In this document: one piece after another, positions 13,265 through 25,665 of the stretch
How the letters are laid out: the number at the start of each line of letters is the position of its first letter
Numbering within the stretch: position 1 is the stretch's first letter
Program-made: the position numbers and the translations under genes
Notes under the pieces: model-generated
The model's database searches: none
What the model was told of the DNA's origin: nothing
Seen by the model: only the letters and a program-made list of their open reading frames with translations
Assembly (NCBI RefSeq): GCF_006345805.1
Contig: NC_043021.1
Coordinates: 17,918,001 to 17,982,000 of the forward strand
Source: Octopus sinensis
Taxonomy: Eukaryota
DNA: 64,000 bases
Direction of reading: 5' to 3'

Positions 13265-14080
13265 TATGATAGTCTCTGTGTGTGCATGTATGCTGTTGTA
13301 GCTCCAGATGAGCTTGTGTCAAAGGAGTTCCAATCGTGCCCATCCAGCGCAACGTAGTCCAATGCTGGCCTGGCCTGATCTGGATTTAACGCGTTTATAT
13401 CTTAAGCCTCCTTGATAATGTGATCTTCCTTGTTTTCTTTTTAAAGACAGTAAGTGTGATTTGCGAGAGACTTGACTACTATTTTTAACAAATCGAGCGA
13501 CATTATAGACAGGCTTCTTGTGCTGTTTTGTTTTTTTAACACTTCAGTTTAACCTCCTAACCATAAATAAACGTCGCATGACCCTTAAGGAAAAATTCCA
13601 CCATAACCTTTATGCCTTGTTGATAGTTAAGTGATAAATTTGGTGCTTAAACAGCAGAATAGCTGGGTGAATGAAAGCAAAATGACAGACCACGCCAACA
13701 CACACACACACTATCTCTCTTCCTTACTTTTAGACGAAGAGCAAATGTCATTAAAGCCAGATTGTTTTGTTATTTTTTCTTTCTCGCGGTAATTGCACCT
13801 ACTGACCTCTTTTGCAAAACTTTTCTATGTTGAATAAACTGTTTCTGAGAAAGAAAACAAAACACAAACAAGCAAACAAAACAACTGCAATGGATTTGAA
13901 GTCACAACGTAATAACGATCTGCTGGTCCAATACCTACCTTATCCACCCGACCAACGGACTTAGGTTAATATCCAGTTTTTTAAAAAAAAGTGTAACGGG
14001 TGTAAAAAAAATGTATAGTAAACGAATCCGAAAACCAAAATTTGCACAAATGAATCGGCGAGGGGAGGGGGGGACTTTCG

Positions 14081-14500
14081 GAAAATTCATACGATCCGAT
14101 TTTTTTCCCTCATAACTTTGAGGAAAATGAATATCTTTTAATGAAATTTTATGTAAATAATACCTACGATTATAAAGAAATTTGTGGGGGAAAATATTTT
14201 CCGAAGGGCTGGAGGAGAAGGTTTTGGGAAAATGCACACGATCCATTTTTTTCCCCTCATAACTTTCAGGAAAATGAATATCTTTTAATGAAATTTTATA
14301 TAAATACCTACGATTATAAAGAAATTTGTGGGAAAATATTTTCCGAAGGGCTGGAGGAGAAGGTTTTGGGAAAATGCACAGGATCCGTTTTTTACTCCTC
14401 ATAACTTTCAGGAAAATGGTTATCTTTTAATGAAAGTTTATACAAATACTTTTCAAACGGCATAGATTACAATTATAAAGAAATTTGTGGGGAGAGAGAG
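14081..14500. repeat. About 145-bp tandem repeat, roughly 3 units, inside an unclassified element (about 13935-14770)
   Basis: Units start GAAAAT(T/G)CA near 14081, 14228 and 14370. Confidence 0.85.
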
Positions 14501-14779
14501 GAATTTCGGAAAAACGGAGTTTCGGATAAAGAAGATCACATAAGTTGGAATATTTCCGTTTTGACGGGGATTTTTCCAATTGTCTTTCACTACAGCCTTT
14601 GAAATGATGTGGAGCATCTTTTATGAAAAAAAAGTTTGGAAATTTATAATTTTTGTTACTCCCCTCCTTCCTTAATGATACCAGTGGACCACACGCGTGC
14701 TCCATTGGTGTGATATAAACATCAACAAAAAAATTGAATTTTTATCCCCTATCTTAATTAACCGAGGCCGTGTGTGTGT

Positions 14780-15059
14780 AAGGGTATCTTTTTTTCTTCA
14801 CAAATATAAATAAACTCAATATGTTTCTTAAACGAGGGACATATCGATGACGCACAGAATGCCTTCACGGTCAGCGATTGGTTAAAATTGCCGAAATGCA
14901 AGAAATTTTAGACGAAATATGTTACAAACTATAGAATTTTCTCAATAAAGCCAAGAGAAAATGATGTTTCATAAACACATTCTACCAGTATACGAAGTTA
15001 AAAATTTTTTAGTTACCTAGAAATTATGTTACAAGCTGCCGTTCAAACCGAAAAGCTCC
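14780..15059. mobile_element. Half copy of the 9166-9600 MITE family, inverted
   Basis: Ends CCGTTCAAACCGAAAAGCTCC; reverse complement of 9166-9455. Confidence 0.8.
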
Positions 15060-16159
15060 GAAAAAACATTTTCTAACAGAAAAGTATGCTATTAAAATGA
15101 AGTATCTTTTACATACCTATTTTTTAAAAAATTACTGTGGATAAATGCCAGAAATGACCTCAGGCTTTCCAATATTTTCAATTATAAATAGAAACAATCA
15201 TGGGCGTGGAGTGGGGGTGAAAAGATTTTGATTTTCAGATTCGTTTACTACACATTTTTTTTTACACCTGTTAAACTTTTTTTTTGTTTTTTTTTTTGGT
15301 GGCCAGGTTTTGAAACTAGATATTAACCCAGACTTCTGATAACCTGAGGAAACAAGAAGAGGGTCAGTTATAGTTGTCATGTCATATCAAATCCACTCGG
15401 ATCCCATTGCTTTAGTCTCTTCCACATTTCCTTCCCTTCATCATCTCTGCAACAGTTTGCTTTTGAGATTCATGTTTTCCAGCGACTGATGCACGTATCT
15501 TCAACAAAGTTTGCCTCTTCTTCAATTATTAATATGGCATCCATAGTAATAATTGAAATCTATTCCCAAAGATTACTTTACAACCATGTGGTCTTGGGTT
15601 CAGTCCCATAGTACAGCACCTCTGAGTGGATTTGGGAAAGAAAAATCTTAAAGAAGCTCATCAAGTGCATGTGTGTGTGTGTGTGTGTGTATACATGTAT
15701 ATATGTATGTATGTATGAATTGTAACTGCATTCATTAGTGGGCCCTGATACAAGAGTTCCAGGGTTTTTGGAGAGTGTGGAACCACCTCTTAGCTACTTT
15801 TGTTCCCAGGTCAATTCTAATCCAGAGTCGTAGTACCTGTTAGGGTCTCAGCTAATTAACCTGTGAACTACTGGAAGTGAAAGATCCCTACTTCTTGTTA
15901 GAAGATCCTTCTAGGAGAAGGTAAACTCATATAAAAGTCTTGAAGTGCAGCTGGTTTCTGTTCACCTCACCCTCTCTTGTGTCACTGGTTTTATAGCTGA
16001 TTGTGCTAAAAAGAGGGCTCAGTGTTGTGCATCACTTTATCCACTCAATACAAATCACATATTGTAACTTCTTGGACTCTCAAAGTATTTGTACAGAGTT
16101 CTTGAGTTTAGGAAGTAGCCTTATCAGTCATGAGTTGAGTTCCATCACATATGTGTGTA

Positions 16160-16352
16160 TATAGTCAATCCAAACAAGAACAAGCAAGAATAAATAACAA
16201 CGCGAGGATGTGGTACAAGTACAGTGTTATTGGATGCTCAGGAAAGGAAAGAAAAGAAAGAGGATTTCACATTTCGAGCGGAGCTCTTCATCAGAAATAT
16301 AGAAAAAGTCCAAAGAAGGGAAGACGGAGAAAGAAAATCACCAACAATACAC
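16160..16352 (-). mobile_element. Short ORF-less hammerhead-bearing repeat (Penelope pLTR-like)
   Basis: Minus 16264-16299: ATTT-CTGATGA-A-GAGCtccGCTC-GAAA-TG-TG-AAAT; homologous to 38797-38992. Confidence 0.65.
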
Positions 16353-16634
16353 TTTGAAGTTATAAGTATTCATAGGCGCAAGAGAAGAAGCTTGCTTCCC
16401 AACCACATGGTTCCGGGTTCAGTCCCACTGCGTGGCAATTGGGCAAGTGTATGTACGTATGTATATCCATCCATGTGTCCTCCATCTTGAGGTGAGGCTC
16501 CAGTTTGGGAGTTATGGAATTGTGTGGACCTGGAACAGTACTACTTGTCAGGGTACCATTTCCAAGGAGCAGAAGAGGCTCCTGTCAGTTTTTCCAAAAC
16601 CATGGGGAAGGCAGCTCTTTTAGGGGAAAGATAC

Positions 16635-16875
16635 CTATTTCTTTACTACCTACAAGGGGCTAAACACAGAGAGGACAAACAAGGACAGACACATGGATTA
16701 AATCGATTATATCGACCCCAGTGCGTAACTGGTACTTATTTAATCGACTCCGAAAGGATGAAAGGCAAAGTCGACCTCAGCAGAATTTGAACTCAGAACG
16801 CAGCAGCGGACGAAATACCGCATACTGCAAAGCATTTCGCTCGGCGTGCTAACGTTTCTGCCAGCTCGCCGCCTT
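16635..16875 (-). mobile_element. Full-length family B SINE with TSD
   Basis: TSD AAAGATAC at 16627-16634 and 16876-16883. Confidence 0.9.
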
Positions 16876-17018
16876 AAAGATACTCTTAGGGAAAAGAGAC
16901 TCTGACATAAAACTTGCAGTCAAGACTGTGCCAGTCATCTTGAAATGTTTGTCACTGGAACCTACCAAGGCAACCGGGAGAGTGGCAAAAGCATTGTACA
17001 GCTCTCCTCACTTAAACA

Positions 17019-17491
17019 TGAGGGTGAGTCAAAAATACCATTTTGCTTAGGACAGATATAATTACCAACACAGGAACATGTATCATACATCAAAAGAAAG
17101 CTGGTCCTCTGTGGATCACATCCCTACTTCTCAACATAGCCACCGTTTCTCTCAATAGCAATGTTCCACCTTCGAATGAGAACATGTATCCCTGCCCTGT
17201 AAAATTCTGTTGATTGTTCTTTGAGCCACTTCTTCACTACAGTTTTCACTTCCTCATCACTGGAATAATGTTTGCCTCTCAAACCCTCTTTTGTGGTGCC
17301 GAAGAGATGATAGTCTGAAGGTACTCTCATTCGAAGGTGGAACATTGCTATTGCGAGAAATGGTGACTATGTTCAGAAGTAGGGATGTGATCCACAGAGG
17401 ACCAGCTTTCTTTTGATGTATGATACATGTTCCTGTGCTGGTAATTATACCTGTCCTAAACAAAATTGTTTTACCTTTTGACTCACTCTCA
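17019..17491 (-). mobile_element. Mariner-derived fold-back element made of two 3' ends
   Basis: About 165-bp inverted arms starting (C/T)GAGGGTGAGTCAAAA, TA on right flank; transposase C-terminus PSDYHLF...GIHVLIRRWNIAIERNGGYVEK. Confidence 0.85.
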
Positions 17492-17748
17492 TATGAGGTA
17501 CAGATGTCTGTGTAATCGTTTCTTTTCTTGATCTGTTTTGTATGAATACATGGCACTGGCCTGAAAAGTCATAAATGTACACATGCAACGACGGAAGTTA
17601 ATGAGAACAATCAGGCTGAATGTGAAACGGCTATCACCTGACAAGATGAGACAATCATCAACACCTATGTATGTATGCATGCATGCATGCATGCATGCAT
17701 GTATGTATGTATGTATGTATGTATGTATGTATGTATGTATGTATGTAT

Positions 17749-17937
17749 TGCACGCATTTTTTTTCTCTCCTTCTTTCTGTGTTTTTCTCTCTCTGTGTAT
17801 CTTTCTGTTGAAGAGCGTAGGCTCGAAACGTTAAAGACTTGTTTTATTTATATTTCCTGAGCGCCATACTAATACAATTGTTCGTTTGTTTTCCACCTGC
17901 CTTCGTCTTTTGTTTATTTTCATAAAGCTTCCCGTTA
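17749..17937 (+). mobile_element. Short ORF-less hammerhead-bearing repeat in (TATG)n
   Basis: 17800-17837: TCTTT-CTGTTGA-A-GAGCgtagGCTC-GAAA-CG-TT-AAAGA. Confidence 0.65.
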
Positions 17938-18021
17938 TGTATGTATGTATGTATGAATGCATGCATGCATGCATGCATACATACATACATACATACATAC
18001 ATACATACATACATACATACA

Positions 18022-18345
18022 TGGTTGGGTCGTTGGCGACTAAACCGGCAACCCCACCAAGCTTGTTTGGTGAGGAGGGTGTTTATTGGACACCCTGTGG
18101 GATGAAAAACAAAACCCGTCAAAGGGCGGAGAAACTCTTGAGAGTCAACGGCCATCCAATAAATGTCTAAAGGCTGTATCATGCGCGGGGACATAGAAAT
18201 AATCGGACTGAATACCCGATCGTGTGGTTAAACTATTGGGAATGAAGGACTCGTAGCCTTTGTTAGGGCATCCTTCTAGGAGAAGGTAACTCAGGTAACT
18301 GGGATAACACCGACATAAAACCTGCGGCTCAGTGGTTACCGATGA
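18022..18345 (+). mobile_element. Probable RTE-clade LINE 5' UTR fragment
   Basis: GC-richer, hairpin-rich; ATCCTTCTAGGAGAAGGTAA shared with 15905-15925; resembles RTE 5' UTRs as I recall them. Confidence 0.4.
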
Positions 18346-18519
18346 TGTTGACTTGCACTTCTTTTCGGATTATGGCTGCTGTTGCTTAGTGAGTGGGATT
18401 GACTCAGTGCACAGCCTTTCCTCACTTTAAAAAAAATCTTCTTGCACAGGTATTGCACGATAACAACATCGATTAAGCTTTGTGCAGTGGCCATACTCGA
18501 TAACGAGGGGGCAGCCACC

Positions 18520-19275
18520 ATGTATGAATGTATGTATGTATGTATGTATGTATGTGTGTGTATGCATGCATGTATGTGTGTATGTATGTGTGTACGTATG
18601 TGTATGCATGCATGTATGTGTATGTATGTATTTGTGTATGTATGCATATATGTGTGTATGTATGTATGTGTGTGTGCATATATGCATGCATGTGTATGTA
18701 TGTATGTATGTACGTTTGTATGTATGTATGTATGTATGTGTGTATGTATGCATGCATATGTATGTATGTATGTGTGTGTATGCATGCATGTATGTGTGTA
18801 TGTATGTATATGTGTATGTATATATGTATGAATGTATGTATGTATATTTGTGCATTTGTATGCATGTATGTATCTATATATGTATGTGTGCATGCTTGAT
18901 TGTGTGTGTGTGTGTGTATGCATGCATGTATGTGTGCCTTTGTCTTGACATCATGTGATGATCGTAAGTGACCACCACCATCAATACAAGTGAAATTCTT
19001 CATTTCCAGTCTTCCATGAGAAACGTATTCTGGCCATGGAGAAATATCACCTTGGTTGGAAACATGAAGAGCATCTATCTGGTCATAGAGAAAAAATTCC
19101 ACCTCAGCAAGGAGTTATACATGACCCATTCGGTGACCTGGTATGGCGAAGTTCAGTGACTGAAACAAAAACAAAAACAAAAACAAAAAAATAAAAAATA
19201 AAAAGATACATAAATACCAGCAAAATAATGCAGACATACATATATACTGACATACCAATCCATACAGTACACACA

Positions 19276-19314
<39 letters not shown>

Positions 19315-19409
19315 ACACACATACACACACACATACACACACACACACACACATACACACACATACACACACACACATACACACACATACACATACACAC
19401 ACATACACA

Positions 19410-19466
<57 letters not shown>

Positions 19467-19471
19467 ACACA

Positions 19472-19510
<39 letters not shown>

Positions 19511-19545
19511 ACACACACACACACACATACACACACACACACCTG
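18520..19545. repeat. Compound (TATG/TG)n and (CA)n microsatellite blocks (18520-18935, 19268-19545)
   Basis: Directly visible. Confidence 0.95.
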
Positions 19546-20716
19546 TGCCTATAGACACACATGTATAGATAAATAGGGGGAAAATGATCTGTTTGTAGGT
19601 AGAGTAGGGGAATTTAAAGCTTCCCCATTTAGGCCTGCTTTGTTAGGGATTTCGACCTTTCTTTTATATGGTTTTATTTATTTTGAAATTCCATTACTTG
19701 TGGGTGGAGTGGGGGTGAGATAGATTGGTATGAAGGCGGGGTGAGGGTGGGGACTATTATTATACACTCTCTCCTCCTTCTCCTTTACTTTGTATAAACA
19801 CTCAGCTTTTTATTTTCTGTTTTATATCTATCACCAACACCCTTGTTGTCATCATCATCATCATCATCACCATGATTGTCACACCACTTTACAGCATGAC
19901 CCTGAGTCAAAAGACCCCAAAAATTTTGCCCTAACTTCATCACCACAGTTGCTGCTACTACCCCTCCACCTCTCTTACATCCAACATTTCTAAAACTACC
20001 ACCCCAGTAGAATATTTTGGTGAGAGCAGTAGTAAGACTAATAGGAATCAATATATACAGAAATACAGGGAAAGTATGTGTGTGTGCATGTGTGTGTCTA
20101 TAAGTAGAGTGCATATATATGTGTATATATATATGTTAATAAAATAGAACATATGCATATATATAAACATATATGTACGTACCTACCTCTACATGTACAT
20201 ATACACGCATATATGTGTACAGGACACCAAAAAGACGTCGAACACATAGAGAGACGAAACACATAGACACAAACCAAGGAACAAGACAAGCAAAAAAAAG
20301 AGAGATACAGGACAATAAGCACAACGAAAAATCCCCTTCTTCAGTTGCTAAGGTTTCATCTACTAAACGTTTCGAAGGATAAAAGCGAGACGTATACTTC
20401 GAAGAAAACTTCCTTCCCGCGAAAAGCAAATCAATTAAAATTCTGAGATCTTTTCGCAGAGGGGTAAAAAAAAGCAAGACAGTAACGACAGTACAAACAT
20501 ATAAACAGTAAAAAATATATATATAAACAGTGGAAAAAATAAAAATATAACAGTGAGAGACAGGACAAGGAGAACAAGATAAGAAGGGCTGTTAACGCCA
20601 GACGAAAAAAGTATTGCAAAATGGACAACGAGAGAGAGAAAATGTGTCATATATATATATATATATATATAATATATATATATGTGTGTGTGTGTGTATA
20701 TATATATATATGTATG

Positions 20717-20780
<64 letters not shown>

Positions 20781-20820
20781 ATAATATATATTATATATAT
20801 GATGATATATATATATATAT

Positions 20821-20968
20821 AGGAGGAATTCATTAAAAAAACAAAAGATGAAGACAGGTGGTGTAGACAACAAACAGATGTATTAGCATAACGCTTGGGA
20901 ATTGAAAAAGTCTTTTACATTTCGAGCCTATGCTCTTCCACAGAAAGAAACAAGGAGAGAAAGAAAAT
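20821..20968 (-). mobile_element. Short ORF-less hammerhead-bearing repeat in (TA)n
   Basis: Minus 20911-20948: TCTTT-CTGTGGA-A-GAGCatagGCTC-GAAA-TG-TA-AAAGA; homologous to 17749-17937. Confidence 0.65.
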
Positions 20969-20984
20969 ATATATATATATATAA

Positions 20985-21060
<76 letters not shown>

Positions 21061-21072
<12 letters not shown>

Positions 21073-21487
21073 TTAGAGACAAAACCACTATTTTGCAAAC
21101 CAAACAAGGAAAGACTTAATCAATACATAAATTTTAATAAAAAGTTTAAAAAAACGCCACTACAATTGTTTCTTGTCCTGATCGATAATCTTCAGGTGGA
21201 TTTCCAATTTTCAAGTCAGTTTCAAATTATGACTTCATAATTTGAAACTGACTTGAAAATTGGAAATCCACCTGAAGATTGTCGATCAGGACAAGAAACA
21301 ATTGTAGTGGCGTTTTTTTTACTTTTTATTAAAATTTTATGTATTGATTAAGTCTTTCCTTGTTTGTTTTGCAAAATAGTGGTTTTGTCTCTAATTAATA
21401 TTATATAATATTTTACTATAAAATTGGATTTAATCCTAAATCTGATTTTTTTTCCCTGTAAATTTGGATTTATTCCCTAATATTTAT

Positions 21488-21490
<3 letters not shown>
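21061..21490 (+). mobile_element. Penelope-type fold-back (about 172-bp arms) in (TA)n
   Basis: Palindrome 21061-21406 centred at 21233/21234 with a few arm differences; hammerhead in each arm. Confidence 0.75.
21268..21310 (+). ncRNA. Type I hammerhead ribozyme, canonical core
   Basis: CCAC-CTGAAGA-TTGTCgatcagGACAA-GAAA-CAATTG-TA-GTGG; predicted GUA cleavage after 21306. Confidence 0.85.
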
Positions 21491-21555
<65 letters not shown>

Positions 21556-21627
21556 ATGCAGTTAAATTTATTGAAGTTTGTATATCAATGCATATCTGGT
21601 GTTTGAGTAAATAAATGCTGAAGCGTG

Positions 21628-21900
21628 TGTCTTGTCTTGTCTTGGCCTTTCTTGCTACAAATGGACTTATAGTGGCACTGTTGCAACATATCGAGTGCCA
21701 CTTTTCTCCACCTGTTACAACTGTGTGCCAAAACTCAAGTCTCCGCTTACTATTAAACTGTCCGTTCCTTGTTGCCTGACCATTTTTTCTCTGTCTAATT
21801 CTCCTGCCACAATTCCTTGAGGAATGGTCTTTGCAAGGTTTTTCCTGTTTGAGATCTTCGTGAAACCCAGTGTGATACTGAATGGTTTCAAGAGCCCAGT
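21628..21900 (-). mobile_element. Highly decayed RTE LINE 3' end
   Basis: Minus frame KNLAKTIPQGIVAG resembles RTE KTILQGxVEG; (CAAGA)n tail at 21628-21643. Confidence 0.4.
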
Positions 21901-22509
21901 TATTCATGATGAGGCTCCAAGTATGGAATACCTGAAATTTTATTTCTGTAGCATCAGATTTCCAATTTCTGCATCTCCTTCTGAAAATAGAAAATTCCAC
22001 CTCAAGGGAGTCTGATTTTGTTGTTTATAGTGATGTTTTTTTTATCTCTCCTTATTGCTTTGAATTTAAGTGTAGCCATTGCATGAGTGGACCCTGTCAA
22101 GGATTTCAGGCCTTGACCCTTTCATCACCATTTTTCATCATCATCATCATCACCATTTAACATCCAGTTTCCATGCTAACAAGACTTGGATGTTTCAACA
22201 AGAGCCAACAAGCCGTAAAAAACTGTGCAATGCTCCAATGTCTGCTTTGGCACAGTTTCTACAGTTGGATGTCCTTCCTAGTGCCAACCACTTTACACTG
22301 TGTACTGGGTGCTTTTCACATGGCCCCAGCACTAGTGAGGGGACCAAGTAACTTACAAGATAAGACATTAATAATTGTCCCCAGCTATTTGAACTGCTGC
22401 ACTGTCATAAGTTCCTGTCACTGAACACCAATATCTGATGAGACGACCCCAGTGGTATTTGACATGATTTTTTTTTGTATTTTTGTCAGCACTGATTTCC
22501 ATTCCATAA

Positions 22510-22668
22510 TTGGAGTGGTTGGCGTTAGGAAGGGCATCCAGCTGTAGAAACATTGCCAAATTCGACTGGAGCCTGGTGCAGCCTTCTGGCTTCCCAGAAC
22601 CCCGGTCGAACCGTCCAACCCATGCTAGCATGGAGAACGGACGTTAAACGACGATGATGATGATGATG
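22510..22668 (+). mobile_element. Family C RTE-tail element
   Basis: Ends GGACGTTAAACGACGATGATGATG. Confidence 0.8.
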
Positions 22669-22849
22669 AATTGGTGGAAACCCTATCAGGGTGCCAGGTC
22701 AATTCAATCAGTTCATCTTTCTACCAGTTCAATCATGCCATCAACAAATCTTATAAAAAGACAACTTTCAGAGACAATAATGGTTTACTGAGACGGAAAG
22801 CTGTGGATTTTTTCATATTGAAGTATGAGAAACTGAAAATATATATATA

Positions 22850-22980
22850 CAGGGTGTCCCAAAAAAATGTATACACATAGTGGTTCGGCAAAAGAGAACG
22901 ATAGAATAAGTACTAGGCTTACAAAGAATAACAAATTTACAATTATTTAAGGTGTGTACACATTTTTTGGGGACACCCTG
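22850..22980. mobile_element. Tc1/mariner-type MITE containing a SINE fragment
   Basis: TA|CAGGGTGTCCCAAAAAAATGTATACAC ... GTGTACACATTTTTTGGGGACACCCTG|TA. Confidence 0.85.
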
Positions 22981-22994
22981 TATATTTATGTACC

Positions 22995-23058
<64 letters not shown>

Positions 23059-23879
23059 TTCATTGAATCCACAGAAAAGTTCCATCAGCACAATGTCCAT
23101 GATCAAGTTAGTTTACTTTCACATGGTTCTAGGGAGAAGTATTCCTTGAATTGAGACCAATTGTATATTTTGCTATATTTTGAAGGAAGACGAAATGGTG
23201 GTGGTGTTGGTGTTGGTGGTGGTTCAAAAAGCCATTTCAAGTAGCCATGTACGGCTCAAAACGTTTAGTGTGACGTCAACCTGCCTCAACTTTCAACTCA
23301 GGATGTTTTGCTACAGCTGGATTTCTCCAAGTATAAACGACATATGTATATTGTGTATGGTGTCTGCATAGAGGAGTGTTCTGTTCTTGGTGAACTTACA
23401 TCCTTTTTAACACAACATGAATTTCCTGTGTTGCAGTCAAGACTGCTTGATGAACCAAATGTATCCGGTTAGTTGCTGCTATTTTTAATACTAATATGGC
23501 AAGGTCTGACACATGTAATAATTATAAGTTCCATCAATTTGAATTATCTAAACAAATATTTGACAAAAACTCCAACCATGACTGTTTAAAACAACAACCA
23601 AGGGAGTTAACTATAATGAAAGCAGGCGATTGAAATTCTTTTAGAAATATAGAAATACAAACCAGAGTGGGTCTTGTCTTTAAAGTCAACTGGTAAATGT
23701 AATGATTTTGGCTTATTCTATTCAACTGGTGAGGCTAAGAATAATACACATATATAATCTCTGTCTAATAAGACTGAATTGCTAATCTGCGTCGTCTATA
23801 TTGATCTGAAATTTTGAACAACAGATTTTAGTAAATTTATCTCTCTTGGTTGATTTTAAATTTTAAACATTCAAGAGCA

Positions 23880-24225
23880 GATAGGTGCAGGTGTGGTAAG
23901 AAGTTTGCTTCCCAACCACATGGTTCTGGGTTCAGTCCCATTGCATGGCATCTTCTACTATAGCCTGGGTGGGGACCAAAGCTAGTGAGTGGATTTGGTA
24001 GATGGAAACTGAAAGAAGTCCTCCATATATAATTGTGTGTGTGCCTGAGTGTGTTTGTGTTTGTTCTCCACTGCTGCTTGACAGCCAGTGTTGGTTTGTT
24101 TACATCCCGATCATTTAGCAATTTGGCAAAAGAGACAAATAGAATAAATACCAGGCTCTTAAAAAAAAAGTGATGGGGTTAAATCTTTTGATTAAAAACT
24201 CTTCAAGGTAGTCAAGATAAAAGAT
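23880..24225 (+). mobile_element. Family A SINE
   Basis: Family similarity. Confidence 0.75.
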
Positions 24226-24407
24226 AATTGCTTGAATAACTGTAACTAATCAAATGTTCTTCAACTCACTGTACTCCATATTCAAGTGCTGTTATATGCG
24301 TGTCCAGTGCAGAATCTTGAGGTATGAAAGCAGGACGTTACAAGGGTGATGGTGAACAAGGAAGGGTTCTAGAATGCATGCTATTTGTGGTGACGAAATA
24401 TTGAACA

Positions 24408-24800
24408 ACTCTTTTACTTGTTTCAGTCATTTGACTGCGGCCATGCTGGAGCACCGCCTTTAGTCGATCAAATCGACCCCGGGACTTATTCTTTGTAAGC
24501 CCAGTGCTTATTCTATCGGTCTCTTTTGCCAAACCGCTAAGTGACGGGAACGTAAACACACCAGCATCGATCGGTTGTCAAGCAATGCTAGGGGGATAAA
24601 CACAGACATCAAACACACACACACATATATATATATACATATATATGACAGGCTTCTTTCAGTTTCCATCTACCAAATCCACTCACAAGACATTGGTTGG
24701 CCCGGGGCTATAGCAGAAGACACTTGCCCAAGATGCCATGCAGTGGGAATGAACCCGGAACTATGTGGTTGGTAAGCAAGCTACTTACCACACAGCCACT
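24408..24800 (-). mobile_element. Family A SINE
   Basis: Near-identical to 607-988. Confidence 0.85.
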
Positions 24801-25076
24801 CAACATTAATAATTAATTATTAGCAACAGTTCCTGCAGACTGAAATCACTTGATGTGGGAGTTCTGGCACCCAAAACACATGATTCTTCTCTGCTATGAT
24901 TTATGTCTGTGCTTTTATGCCCCATGCACCTATTTAAAAGGATCTCTGAAAGCTTAAAATGCAATATTTGGTGTTCTAACACGACATCCACATTAAGTTG
25001 GATATAAAGGTTGCCTTCCAGTGTCAATACCACTTCTGTCATTAATAATTAATCAGACAATATTTATATTGACAAG

Positions 25077-25665
25077 AAGGCGGCGAGCTGGCAGAAACGT
25101 TACCATGCCGGGTGAAATGCTTAGTGGTATTTTGTCTGTCTTTATGTTCTGAGTTCAAATTCCACTGAGGTTGACTTTGCCTTTCATCCTTTCGGGGTCG
25201 ATAAATTAAGTACCAGTTATGCACTGGTGTCGATGTAATCGATTTAATACCTATGTCTGTCCTTGTTTGTCCCTGCTATGTCTAGCCCCTTGTGGGTAAT
25301 AAAGAAATAGGTATTTTGTTTGTCTTTATGTTCTGAGTTCAAATTCCACCGAGGTTGACTTTGCCTTTCATCCTTTCGGGGTTGATAAATTAAGTACCAG
25401 TTATGCACTGGTGTCGATGTAATCGACTTAATCCGTTTGTCTGTCCTTGTTTGTCCCCTGTATGTTTAGCCCCTTGTGGGTAATAAAGAAATAGGGATTT
25501 TGTCTGTCTTTATGTTCTGAGTTCAAATTCCACCGAGGTCGACTTTGCCTTTCATCCTTTCGGGGTTGATAAATTAAGTACCAGTTGTGTTCTGGGGTCG
25601 ATCTAATCGACTGGCCCCCACTCCACAAAAATTTTCGGGCCTTGTGCCTAGAGTAGAAAAGAATA
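25077..25665 (+). mobile_element. Family B SINE trimer (184-bp period)
   Basis: One head, three cores starting at 25127, 25311 and 25495. Confidence 0.85.

Noticed and set aside
13935-14402. 155-aa ORF with internal repeats
   Set aside because: By-product of the 145-bp tandem repeat
18336-19562. Long ORFs of up to 209 aa (HT/CV/YI-rich), and similar ones throughout the window
   Set aside because: Translations of stop-free microsatellites
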